From Eledone cirrhosa (lineage: Eukaryota): a stretch of 64,000 bases of DNA. A program made the translations under genes and the position numbers. Location: the NCBI GenBank assembly GCA_964016885.1, contig OZ024745.1, forward strand, positions 2,852,001 through 2,916,000. Direction: 5' to 3'. Numbering within the stretch: the stretch's first letter is position 1; every line of letters begins with the position of its first letter. Positions 1 to 15,000 of this stretch are shown piece by piece. The notes under the pieces are model-generated. The model was given only the letters and a program-made list of their open reading frames with translations, ran no database searches and was not told the DNA's origin.

Positions 1-3000
1 GTATGGTAGAACGAGTTATATAATTATATAACAGTGTTGGTGGTTGTATGGTAGAACCAGTTATATAATTATATAACAGTGTTGGTGGTGGTATGGTAGA
101 ACCAGTTATATAATTATATAACAGTGTTGGTGGTTGTATGGTAGAACCACTGGTTATATAATTATATAACAGTGTTGGTGGTTGTATGGTAGAACCATTT
201 ATATAATTATATAACAGTGTTGGTGGTTGTATGGTAGAACCAGTGATATAATTATATAACAGTGTTGGTGGTGGTATGGTAGAACCAGTTATATAATTAT
301 ATAACAGTGTTGGTGGTGGTATGGTAGAACCAGTTATATAATTATATAACAGTGTTGGTGGTTGTATGGTAGAACCAGTGATATAATTATATAACAGTGT
401 TGGTGGTGGTATGGTAGAACCAGTTATATAATTATATAACAGTGTTGGTGGTTGTATGGTAGAACCAGTTATATAATTATATAACAGTGTTGGTGGTTGT
501 ATGGTAGAACCACTGATTATATAATTATATAACAGTGTTGGTGGTAGTATGGTAGAACGAGTTATATAATTATATAACAGTGTTGGTGGTTGTATGGTAG
601 AACCAGTTATATAATTATATAACAGTGTTGGTGGTTGTATGGTAGAACGAGTTATATAATTATATAACATTGTTGGTGGTTGTATGGTAGAACGAGTTAT
701 ATAATTATATAACAGTGTTGGTGGTTGTATGGTAGAACCAGTTATATAATTATATAACAGTGTTGTGGTTGTATGGTAGAACCAGTTATATAATTATATA
801 ACAGTGTTGGCGGTTGTATGGTAGAACCAGTTATATAATTATATAACAGTGTTGGTGGTTGTATGGTAGAACCAGTTATATAATTATATAACAGTGTTGG
901 CGGTTGTATGGTAGAACAAGTTATATAATTATATAACAGTGTTGGTGGTTGTATGGTAGAACCAGTTATATAATTATATAACAGTGTTGGTGGTTGTATG
1001 GTAGAACCAGTTATATAATTATATAACAGTGTTGGCGGTTGTATGGTGGAACCAGTTATATAATTATATAACAGTGTTGGTGGTTGTATGGTAGAACCAG
1101 TTATATAATTATATAACAGTATTGGCGGTTGTATGGTAGAACCAGTTATATAATTATATAACAGTGTTGGTGGTTGTATGGTAGAACCAGTTATATAATT
1201 ATATAACAGTGTTGGTGGTTGTATGGTAGAACGAGTTATATAATTATATAACACTGTTGGTGGTTGTATGGTAGAACCAGTTATATAATTATATAACAGT
1301 GTTAGTGGTTGTATGGTAGAACCAGTTATATAATTATATAACAGTGTTGGTGGTTGTATGGTAGAACGAGTTATATAATTATATAACAGTGTTGGTGGTT
1401 GTATGGTAGAACGAGTTATATAATTATATAACAGTGTTGGTGGTTGTATGGTAGAACCAGTTATATAATTATATAACAGTGTTGGTGGTTGTATGGTAGA
1501 ACCACTGGTTATATAATTATATAACAGTGTTGGCGGTTGTATGGTAGAACCAGTTATATAATTATATAACAGTGTTGGTGGTTGTATGGTAGAACGAGTT
1601 ATATAATTATATAACAGTGTTGGTGGTTGTATGGTAGAACGAGTTATATAATTATATAACAGTGTTGGTGGTTGTATGGTAGAACCAGTTATATAATTAT
1701 ATAACAGTGTTGGTGGTTGTATGGTAGAACGAGTTATATAATTATATAACAGTGTTGGTGGTTGTATGGTAGAACGAGTTATATAATTATATAACAGTGT
1801 TGGTGGTTGTATGGTAGAACCAGTTATATAATTATATAACAGTGTTGGTGGTTGTATGGTAGAACGAGTTATATAATTATATAACAGTGTTGGTGGTTGT
1901 ATGGTAGAACGAGTTATATAATTATATAACAGTGTTGGTGGTTGTATGGTAGAACCAGTTATATAATTATATAACAGTGTTGGTGGTTGTATGGTAGAAC
2001 CAGTTATATAATTATATAACAGTGTTGGTGGGTGTATGGTAGAACCAGTTATATAATTATATAACAGTGTTGGCGGTTGTATGGTAGAACCAGTTATATA
2101 ATTATATAACAGTGTTGGTGGTTGTATGGTAGAACCAGTTATATAATTATATAACAGTGTTGGCGGTTGTATGGTAGAACAAGTTATATAATTATATAAC
2201 AGTGTTGGTGGTTGTATGGTAGAACCAGTTATATAATTATATAACAGTGTTGGTGGTTGTATGGTAGAACCAGTTATATAATTATATAACAGTGTGGGCG
2301 GTTGTATGGTGGAACCAGTTATATAATTATATAACAGTGTTGGTGGTTGTATGGTAGAACCAGTTATATAATTATATAACAGTATTGGCGGTTGTATGGT
2401 AGAACCAGTTATATAATTATATAACAGTGTTGGCGGTTGTATGGTAGAACCAGTTATATAATTATATAACAGTGTTGATGGTTGTATGGTAGAACGAGTT
2501 ATATAATTATATAACACTGTTGGTGGTTGTATGGTAGAACCAGTTATATAATTATATAACAGTGTTGGTGGTTGTATGGTAGAACCAGTTATATAATTAT
2601 ATAACAGTGTTGGTGGTTGTATTGTAGAACCAGTGATATGATTATATAACAGTGTTGGTGGTTGTATGGTAGAACGAGTTATATAATTATATAACAGTGT
2701 TGGTGGTTGTATGGTAGAACCAGTTATATAATTATATAACAGTGTTGGTGGTTGTATGGTAGAACCACTGGTTATATAATTATATAACAGTGTTGGCGGT
2801 TGTATGGTAGAACCAGTTATATAATTATATAACAGTGTTGGTGGTTGTATGGTAGAACGAGTTATATAATTATATAACAGTGTTGGTGGTTGTATGGTAG
2901 AACGAGTTATATAATTATATAACAGTGTTGGTGGTTGTATGGTAGAACCACTGGTTATATAATTATATAACAGTGTTGGCGGTTGTATGGTAGAACCAGT

Positions 3001-6000
3001 TATATAATTATATAACAGTGTTGGTGGTTGTATGGTAGAACGAGTTATATAATTATATAACAGTGTTGGTGGTGGTATGGTAGAATCAGTTATATAATTA
3101 TATAACAGTGTTGGTGGTGGTATGGTAGAACCAGTTATATAATTATATAACAGTGTTGGTGGTTGTATGGTAGAACCAGTGATATAATTATATAACAGTG
3201 TTGGTGGTGGTATGGTAGAACCAGTTATATAATTATATAACAGTGTTGGTGGTGGTATGGTAGAACCAGTTATATAATTATATAACAGTGTTGGTGGTTG
3301 TATGGTAGAACCAGTGATATAATTATATAACAGTGGTGGTGGTGGTATGGTAGAACCAGTTATATAATTATATAACAGTGTTGGTGGTTGTATGGTAGAA
3401 CGAGTTATATAATTATATAACAGTGTTGGTGGTTGTATGGTAGAATGAGTTATATAATTATATAACAGTGTTGGTGGTTGTATGGTAGAACGAGTTATAT
3501 ACTTATATAACAGTGTTGGTGGTTGTATGGTAGAACCACTGGTTATATAATTATATAACAGTGTTGGCGGTTGTATGGTAGAACCAGTTATATAATTATA
3601 TAACAGTGTTGGTGGTTGTATGGTAGAACGAGTTATATAATTATATAACACTGTTGGTGGTTGTATGGTAGAACCAGTTATATAATTATATAACAGTGTT
3701 GGTGGTTGTATGGTAGAACCAGTTATATAATTATATAACAGTGTTGGTGGTTGTATGGTAGAACCAGTGATATAATTATATAACAGTGTTGGTGGTTGTA
3801 TGGTAGAACGAGTTATATAATTATATAACAGTGTTGGTGGTTGTATGGTAGAACCAGTTATATAATTATATAACAGTGTTGGTGGTTGTATGGTAGAACC
3901 ACTGGTTATATAATTATATAACAGTGTTGGCGGTTGTATGGTAGAACCAGTTATATAATTATATAACAGTGTTGGTGGTTGTATGGTAGAACGAGTTATA
4001 TAATTATATAACAGTGTTGGTGGTTGTATGGTAGAACGAGTTATATAATTATATAACAGTGTTGGTGGTTGTATGGTAGAACCACTGGTTATATAATTAT
4101 ATAACAGTGTTGGCGGTTGTATGGTAGAACCAGTTATATAATTATATAACAGTGTTGGTGGTTGTATGGTAGAACGAGTTATATAATTATATAACAGTGT
4201 TGGTGGTGGTATGGTAGAATCAGTTATATAATTATATAACAGTGTTGGTGGTGGTATGGTAGAACCAGTTATATAATTATATAACAGTGTTGGTGGTTGT
4301 ATGGTAGAACCAGTGATATAATTATATAACAGTGTTGGTGGTGGTATGGTAGAACCAGTTATATAATTATATAACAGTGTTGGTGGTGGTATGGTAGAAC
4401 CAGTTATATAATTATATAACAGTGTTGGTGGTTGTATGGTAGAACCAGTGATATAATTATATAACAGTGGTGGTGGTGGTATGGTAGAACCAGTTATATA
4501 ATTATATAACAGTGTTGGTGGTTGTATGGTAGAACCAGTTATATAATTATATAACAGTGTTGGTGGTTGTATGGTAGAACCACTGGTTATATAATTATAT
4601 AACAGTGTTGGTGGTTGTATGGTAGAACCAGTTATATAATTATATAACAGTTGGTGGTTGTATGGTAGAACCAGTTATATAATTATATAACAGTGTTGGT
4701 GATTGTATGGTAGAACCAGTTATATAATTATATAACAGTGTTGGCGGTTGTATGGTAGAACCAGTTATATAATTATATAACAGTGTTGGTGGTTGTATGG
4801 TAGAACCAGTTATATAATTATATAACAGTGTTGGTGGTTGTATAGTAGAACGAGTTATATAATTATATAACAGTGGTGGTGGTTGTATGATAAAACCAGT
4901 TATATAATTATATAACAGTGTTGGTGGTTGTATGGTAGAACGAGTTATATAATTATATAACAGTGTTGGTGGTTGTATGGTAGAACGAGTTATATAATTA
5001 TATAACAGTGTTGGTGGTTGTATGGTAGAATGAGTTATATAATTATATAACAGTGTTGGTGGTTGTATGGTAGAACGAGTTATATACTTATATAACAGTG
5101 TTGGTGGTTGTATGGTAGAACCAGTTATATAATTATATAACAGTGTTGGTGGTTGTATGGTAGAACCAGTGATATAATTATATAACAGTGTTGGTGGTTG
5201 TATGGTAGAACGAGTTATATAATTATATAACAGTGTTGGTGGTTGTATGGTAGAACCAGTTATATAATTATATAACAGTGTTGGTGGTTGTATGGTAGAA
5301 CCACTGGTTATATAATTATATAACAGTGTTGGCGGTTGTATGGTAGAACCAGTTATATAATTATATAACAGTGTTGGTGGTTGTATGGTAGAACGAGTTA
5401 TATAATTATATAACAGTGTTGGTGGTTGTATGGTAGAACGAGTTATATAATTATATAACAGTGTTGGTGGTTGTATGGTAGAACCACTGGTTATATAATT
5501 ATATAACAGTGTTGGCGGTTGTATGGTAGAACCAGTTATATAATTATATAACAGTGTTGGTGGTTGTATGGTAGAACGAGTTATATAATTATATAACAGT
5601 GTTGGTGGTGGTATGGTAGAATCAGTTATATAATTATATAACAGTGTTGGTGGTGGTATGGTAGAACCAGTTATATAATTATATAACAGTGTTGGTGGTT
5701 GTATGGTAGAACCAGTGATATAATTATATAACAGTGTTGGTGGTGGTATGGTAGAACCAGTTATATAATTATATAACAGTGTTGGTGGTGGTATGGTAGA
5801 ACCAGTTATATAATTATATAACAGTGTTGGTGGTTGTATGGTAGAACCAGTGATATAATTATATAACAGTGGTGGTGGTGTTATGGTAGAACCAGTTATA
5901 TAATTATATAACAGTGTTGGTGGTTGTATGGTAGAACCAGTTATATAATTATATAACAGTGTTGGTGGTTGTATGGTAGAACCACTGGTTATATAATTAT

Positions 6001-9000
6001 ATAACAGTGTTGGTGGTTGTATGGTAGAACCAGTTATATAATTATATAACAGTTGGTGGTTGTATGGTAGAACCAGTTATATAATTATATAACAGTGTTG
6101 GTGATTGTATGGTAGAACCAGTTATATAATTATATAACAGTGTTGGCGGTTGTATGGTAGAACCAGTTATATAATTATATAACAGTGTTGGTGGTTGTAT
6201 GGTAGAACCAGTTATATAATTATATAACAGTGTTGGTGGTTGTATAGTAGAACGAGTTATATAATTATATAACAGTGGTGGTGGTTGTATGATAAAACCA
6301 GTTATATAATTATATAACAGTGTTGGTGGTTGTATGGTAGAACGAGTTATATAATTATATAACAGTGTTGGTGGTTGTATGGTAGAATGAGTTATATAAT
6401 TATATAACAGTGTTGGTGGTTGTATGGTAGAACGAGTTATATACTTATATAACAGTGTTGGTGGTTGTATGGTAGAACCACTGGTTATATAATTATATAA
6501 CAGTGTTGGCGGTTGTATGGTAGAACCAGTTATATAATTATATAACAGTGTTGGCGGTTGTATGGTAGAACCAGTTATATAATTATATAACAGTGTTGGT
6601 GGTTGTATGGTAGAACTAGTTATATAATTATATAACAGTGTTGATGGTTGTATGGTAGAACGTGTTATATAATTATATAACAGTGTTGGTGGTTGTATGG
6701 TAGAACCAGTTATATAATTATATAACAGTGTTGGTGGTTGTATGGTAGAACCACTGGTTATATAATTATATATCAGTGTTGGCGGTTGTATGGTAGAACC
6801 AGTTATATAATTATATAACTGTTAGTGGTTGTATGGTAGAACGAGTTATATAATTATATAACAGTGTTGTGGTTGTATGGTAGAACCAGTTATATAATTA
6901 TATAACAGTGTTGGTGGTTGTATGGTAGAACCAGTTATATAATTATATAACAGTGTTGGTGGCTGTATGGTAGAACCACTGGTTATATAATTATATAACA
7001 GTGTTGGCGGTTGTATGGTAGAACCAGTTATATAATTATATAACAGTGTTGGTGGTGGTATGGTAGAACCAGTTATATAATTATATAACAGTGTTGGTGG
7101 TTGTATGGTAGAACCAGTTATATAATTATATAACAGTGTTGGTAGTTGTATGGTAGAACCAGTGATATAATTATATAACAGTGTTGGTAGTGGTATGGTA
7201 GAACCAGTTATATAATTATATAACAGTGTTAGTGGTTGCATGGTAGAACGAGTTATATAATTATATAACAGTGTTGGTGATTGTATGGTAGAACCAGTTA
7301 TATAATTATATAACAGTGTTGGTGGTTGTATGGTAGAACCAGTGATAACATTATATAACAGTGTTGGTTGTGGTATGGTAGAACCAGTTATATAATTATA
7401 TAACAGTGTTGGTGGTTGTATGGTAGAACCAGTTATATAATTATATAACAGTGTTGGTGGTTGTATGGTAGAACCACTGGTTATATAATTATATAACAGT
7501 GTTGGCGGTTGTATGGTAGAACCAGTTATATAATTATATAACAGTTGGTGGTTGTATGGTAGAACCAGTTATATAATTATATAACAGTGTTGGTGGTTGT
7601 ATGGTAGAACCAGTTATATAATTATATAACAGTGTTGGTGGTTGTATGGTAGAACGAGTTATATAATTATATAACAGTGTTGGTGGTTGTATGGTAGAAC
7701 GAGTTATATAATTATATAACAGTGTTGGTGGTTGTATGGTAGAACCAGTTATATAATTATATAACAGTGTTGGCGGTTGTATGGTAGAACAAGTTATATA
7801 ATTATATAACAGTGTTGGTGGTTGTATGGTAGAACCAGTTATATAATTATATAACAGTGTTGGTGGTTGTATGGTAGAACCAGTTATATAATTATATAAC
7901 AGTGTGGGCGGTTGTATGGTGGAACCAGTTATATAATTATATAACAGTGTTGGTGGTTGTATGGTAGAACCAGTTATATAATTATATAACAGTATTGGCG
8001 GTTGTATGGTAGAACCAGTTATATAATTATATAACAGTGTTGGCGGTTGTATGGTAGAACCAGTTATATAATTATATAACAGTGTTGATGGTTGTATGGT
8101 AGAACGAGTTATATAATTATATAACACTGTTGGTGGTTGTATGGTAGAACCAGTTATATAATTATATAACAGTGTTGGTGGTTGTATGGTAGAACCAGTT
8201 ATATAATTATATAACAGTGTTGGTGGTTGTATGGTAGAACCAGTGATATGATTATATAACAGTGTTGGTGGTTGTATGGTAGAACGAGTTATATAATTAT
8301 ATAACAGTGTTGGTGGTTGTATGGTAGAACCAGTTATATAATTATATAACAGTGTTGGTGGTTGTATGGTAGAACCACTGGTTATATAATTATATAACAG
8401 TGTTGGCGGTTGTATGGTAGAACCAGTTATATAATTATATAACAGTGTTGGTGGTTGTATGGTAGAACGAGTTATATAATTATATAACAGTGTTGGTGGT
8501 TGTATGGTAGAACGAGTTATATAATTATATAACAGTGTTGGTGGTTGTATGGTAGAACCACTGGTTATATAATTATATAACAGTGTTGGCGGTTGTATGG
8601 TAGAACCAGTTATATAATTATATAACAGTGTTGGTGGTTGTATGGTAGAACGAGTTATATAATTATATAACAGTGTTGGTGGTGGTATGGTAGAATCAGT
8701 TATATAATTATATAACAGTGTTGGTGGTGGTATGGTAGAACCAGTTATATAATTATATAACAGTGTTGGTGGTTGTATGGTAGAACCAGTGATATAATTA
8801 TATAACAGTGTTGGTGGTGGTATGGTAGAACCAGTTATATAATTATATAACAGTGTTGGTGGTGGTATGGTAGAACCAGTTATATAATTATATAACAGTG
8901 TTGGTGGTTGTATGGTAGAACCAGTGATATAATTATATAACAGTGGTGGTGGTGGTATGGTAGAACCAGTTATATAATTATATAACAGTGTTGGTGGTTG

Positions 9001-12000
9001 TATGGTAGAACGAATTATATAATTATATAACAGTGTTGGTGGTTGTATGGTAGAATGAGTTATATAATTATATAACAGTGTTGGTGGTTGTATGGTAGAA
9101 CGAGTTATATACTTATATAACAGTGTTGGTGGTTGTATGGTAGAACCACTGGTTATATAATTATATAACAGTGTTGGCGGTTGTATGGTAGAACCAGTTA
9201 TATAATTATATAACAGTGTTGGTGGTTGTATGGTAGAACGAGTTATATAATTATATAACACTGTTGGTGGTTGTATGGTAGAACCAGTTATATAATTATA
9301 TAACAGTGTTGGTGGTTGTATGGTAGAACCAGTTATATAATTATATAACAGTGTTGGTGGTTGTATGGTAGAACCAGTGATATAATTATATAACAGTGTT
9401 GGTGGTTGTATGGTAGAACGAGTTATATAATTATATAACAGTGTTGGTGGTTGTATGGTAGAACCAGTTATATAATTATATAACAGTGTTGGTGGTTGTA
9501 TGGTAGAACCACTGGTTATATAATTATATAACAGTGTTGGCGGTTGTATGGTAGAACCAGTTATATAATTATATAACAGTGTTGGTGGTTGTATGGTAGA
9601 ACGAGTTATATAATTATATAACAGTGTTGGTGGTTGTATGGTAGAACGAGTTATATAATTATATAACAGTGTTGGTGGTTGTATGGTAGAACCACTGGTT
9701 ATATAATTATATAACAGTGTTGGCGGTTGTATGGTAGAACCAGTTATATAATTATATAACAGTGTTGGTGGTTGTATGGTAGAACGAGTTATATAATTAT
9801 ATAACAGTGTTGGTGGTGGTATGGTAGAATCAGTTATATAATTATATAACAGTGTTGGTGGTGGTATGGTAGAACCAGTTATATAATTATATAACAGTGT
9901 TGGTGGTTGTATGGTAGAACCAGTGATATAATTATATAACAGTGTTGGTGGTGGTATGGTAGAACCAGTTATATAATTATATAACAGTGTTGGTGGTGGT
10001 ATGGTAGAACCAGTTATATAATTATATAACAGTGTTGGTGGTTGTATGGTAGAACCAGTGATATAATTATATAACAGTGGTGGTGGTGGTATGGTAGAAC
10101 CAGTTATATAATTATATAACAGTGTTGGTGGTTGTATGGTAGAACCAGTTATATAATTATATAACAGTGTTGGTGGTTGTATGGTAGAACCACTGGTTAT
10201 ATAATTATATAACAGTGTTGGTGGTTGTATGGTAGAACCAGTTATATAATTATATAACAGTTGGTGGTTGTATGGTAGAACCAGTTATATAATTATATAA
10301 CAGTGTTGGTGATTGTATGGTAGAACCAGTTATATAATTATATAACAGTGTTGGCGGTTGTATGGTAGAACCAGTTATATAATTATATAACAGTGTTGGT
10401 GGTTGTATGGTAGAACCAGTTATATAATTATATAACAGTGTTGGTGGTTGTATAGTAGAACGAGTTATATAATTATATAACAGTGGTGGTGGTTGTATGA
10501 TAAAACCAGTTATATAATTATATAACAGTGTTGGTGGTTGTATGGTAGAACGAGTTATATAATTATATAACAGTGTTGGTGGTTGTATGGTAGAACGAGT
10601 TATATAATTATATAACAGTGTTGGTGGTTGTATGGTAGAATGAGTTATATAATTATATAACAGTGTTGGTGGTTGTATGGTAGAACGAGTTATATACTTA
10701 TATAACAGTGTTGGTGGTTGTATGGTAGAACCAGTTATATAATTATATAACAGTGTTGGTGGTTGTATGGTAGAACCAGTGATATAATTATATAACAGTG
10801 TTGGTGGTTGTATGGTAGAACGAGTTATATAATTATATAACAGTGTTGGTGGTTGTATGGTAGAACCAGTTATATAATTATATAACAGTGTTGGTGGTTG
10901 TATGGTAGAACCACTGGTTATATAATTATATAACAGTGTTGGCGGTTGTATGGTAGAACCAGTTATATAATTATATAACAGTGTTGGTGGTTGTATGGTA
11001 GAACGAGTTATATAATTATATAACAGTGTTGGTGGTTGTATGGTAGAACGAGTTATATAATTATATAACAGTGTTGGTGGTTGTATGGTAGAACCACTGG
11101 TTATATAATTATATAACAGTGTTGGCGGTTGTATGGTAGAACCAGTTATATAATTATATAACAGTGTTGGTGGTTGTATGGTAGAACGAGTTATATAATT
11201 ATATAACAGTGTTGGTGGTGGTATGGTAGAATCAGTTATATAATTATATAACAGTGTTGGTGGTGGTATGGTAGAACCAGTTATATAATTATATAACAGT
11301 GTTGGTGGTTGTATGGTAGAACCAGTGATATAATTATATAACAGTGTTGGTGGTGGTATGGTAGAACCAGTTATATAATTATATAACAGTGTTGGTGGTG
11401 GTATGGTAGAACCAGTTATATAATTATATAACAGTGTTGGTGGTTGTATGGTAGAACCAGTGATATAATTATATAACAGTGGTGGTGGTGTTATGGTAGA
11501 ACCAGTTATATAATTATATAACAGTGTTGGTGGTTGTATGGTAGAACCAGTTATATAATTATATAACAGTGTTGGTGGTTGTATGGTAGAACCACTGGTT
11601 ATATAATTATATAACAGTGTTGGTGGTTGTATGGTAGAACCAGTTATATAATTATATAACAGTTGGTGGTTGTATGGTAGAACCAGTTATATAATTATAT
11701 AACAGTGTTGGTGATTGTATGGTAGAACCAGTTATATAATTATATAACAGTGTTGGCGGTTGTATGGTAGAACCAGTTATATAATTATATAACAGTGTTG
11801 GTGGTTGTATGGTAGAACCAGTTATATAATTATATAACAGTGTTGGTGGTTGTATAGTAGAACGAGTTATATAATTATATAACAGTGGTGGTGGTTGTAT
11901 GATAAAACCAGTTATATAATTATATAACAGTGTTGGTGGTTGTATGGTAGAACGAGTTATATAATTATATAACAGTGTTGGTGGTTGTATGGTAGAATGA

Positions 12001-15000
12001 GTTATATAATTATATAACAGTGTTGGTGGTTGTATGGTAGAACGAGTTATATACTTATATAACAGTGTTGGTGGTTGTATGGTAGAACCACTGGTTATAT
12101 AATTATATAACAGTGTTGGCGGTTGTATGGTAGAACCAGTTATATAATTATATAACAGTGTTGGCGGTTGTATGGTAGAACCAGTTATATAATTATATAA
12201 CAGTGTTGGTGGTTGTATGGTAGAACTAGTTATATAATTATATAACAGTGTTGATGGTTGTATGGTAGAACGTGTTATATAATTATATAACAGTGTTGGT
12301 GGTTGTATGGTAGAACCAGTTATATAATTATATAACAGTGTTGGTGGTTGTATGGTAGAACCACTGGTTATATAATTATATATCAGTGTTGGCGGTTGTA
12401 TGGTAGAACCAGTTATATAATTATATAACTGTTAGTGGTTGTATGGTAGAACGAGTTATATAATTATATAACAGTGTTGTGGTTGTATGGTAGAACCAGT
12501 TATATAATTATATAACAGTGTTGGTGGTTGTATGGTAGAACCAGTTATATAATTATATAACAGTGTTGGTGGCTGTATGGTAGAACCACTGGTTATATAA
12601 TTATATAACAGTGTTGGCGGTTGTATGGTAGAACCAGTTATATAATTATATAACAGTGTTGGTGGTGGTATGGTAGAACCAGTTATATAATTATATAACA
12701 GTGTTGGTGGTTGTATGGTAGAACCAGTTATATAATTATATAACAGTGTTGGTAGTTGTATGGTAGAACCAGTGATATAATTATATAACAGTGTTGGTAG
12801 TGGTATGGTAGAACCAGTTATATAATTATATAACAGTGTTAGTGGTTGCATGGTAGAACGAGTTATATAATTATATAACAGTGTTGGTGATTGTATGGTA
12901 GAACCAGTTATATAATTATATAACAGTGTTGGTGGTTGTATGGTAGAACCAGTGATAACATTATATAACAGTGTTGGTTGTGGTATGGTAGAACCAGTTA
13001 TATAATTATATAACAGTGTTGGTGGTTGTATGGTAGAACCAGTTATATAATTATATAACAGTGTTGGTGGTTGTATGGTAGAACCACTGGTTATATAATT
13101 ATATAACAGTGTTGGCGGTTGTATGGTAGAACCAGTTATATAATTATATAACAGTTGGTGGTTGTATGGTAGAACCAGTTATATAATTATATAACAGTGT
13201 TGGTGGTTGTATGGTAGAACCAGTTATATAATTATATAACAGTGTTGGTGGTTGTATGGTAGAACGAGTTATATAATTATATAACAGTGTTGGTGGTTGT
13301 ATGGTAGAACGAGTTATATAATTATATAACAGTGTTGGTGGTTGTATGGTAGAACCAGTTATATAATTATATAACAGTGTTGGCGGTTGTATGGTAGAAC
13401 CAGTTATATAATTATATAACAGTGTTGGTGGTTGTATGGTAGAACGAGTGATATAATTATATAACAGTGTTGGTGGTTGTATGGTAGAACGAGTTATATA
13501 AATTATATAACATTGTTGGTGGTTGTATGGTAGAACCAGTTATATAATTATATAACAGTGTTGGTGGTTGTATGGTAGAACCAGTTATATAATTATATAA
13601 CAGTGTTGGTGGTGGTATGGTAGAACCAGTTATATAATTATATAACAGTGTTAGTGGTTGTATGGTAGAACGAGTTATATAATTATATAACAGTGTTGGT
13701 GGTTGTATGGTAGAACCACTGGTTATATAATTATATAACAGTGTTGGTGGTGGTATGGTAGAACCAGTTATATAATTATATAACAGTGTTGGTGGTGGTA
13801 TGGTAGAACCAGTTATATAATTATATAACAGTGTTGGTGGTTGTATGGTAGAACCACTGGTTATATAATTATGTAACAGTGTTGTTGGTTGTATGGTAGA
13901 ACCAGTGATATAATTATATAACAGTGTTGGTGGTGGTATGGTAGAACCAGTTATATAATTATATAACAGTGTTGTTGGTGGTATGGTAGAACCAGTTATA
14001 TAATTATATAACAGTGTTGGTGGTTGTATGGTAGAACCAGTGATATAATTATATAACAGTGTTGGTGGTGGTATGGTAGGACCAGTTATATAATTATATA
14101 ACAGTGTTGGTGTTTGTATGGTAGAACCAGTTATATAATTATATAACAGTGTTGGTGGTTGTATGGTAGAACCACTGGTTATATAATTATATAACAGTGT
14201 TGGTGGTTGTATGGTAGAACCAGTTATATAATTATATAACAGTTGGTGGTTGTATGGTAGAACCAGTTCTATAATTATATAACAGTTTTGGCGGTTGTAT
14301 GGTAGAACAAGTTATATAATTATATAATAGTGTTGGTGGTTGTATGGTAGAACCAGTTATATAATTATATAACAGTGTTGGTGGTTGTATGGCAGAACGA
14401 GTTATATAATTATATAACAGTGTTGGTGGTTGTATGGTAGAACCAGTTATATAATTATATAACAGTGTTGGTGGTTGTATGGTAGAACGAGTTATATAAT
14501 TATATAACAGTGTTGGTGGTTGTATGGTAGAACGAGTTATATAATTATATAACAGTGTTGGTGGTTGTATGGTAGAACGAGTTATATAATTATATAACAG
14601 TGTTGGTGGTTGTATGGTAGAACCAGTTATATAATTATATAACAGTGTTGGTGGTTGTATGGTAGAACCACTGGTTATATAATTATATAACAGTGTTGGC
14701 GGTTGTATGGTAGAACCAGTTATATAATTATATAACAGTGTTGGTGGTTGTATGGTAGAACGAGTTATATAATTATATAACAGTGTTGGTGGTTGTATGG
14801 TAGAACCAGTTATATAATTATATAACAGTGTTGGTGGTTGTATGGTAGAACCAGTTATATAATTATATAACAGTGTTGGTGATTGTATGGTAGAACCAGT
14901 TATATAATTATATAACAGTGTTGGTGGTTGTATGGTAGAACGAGTTATATAATTATATAACAGTGTTGGTGGTTGTATGGTAGAACCAGTTATATAATTA

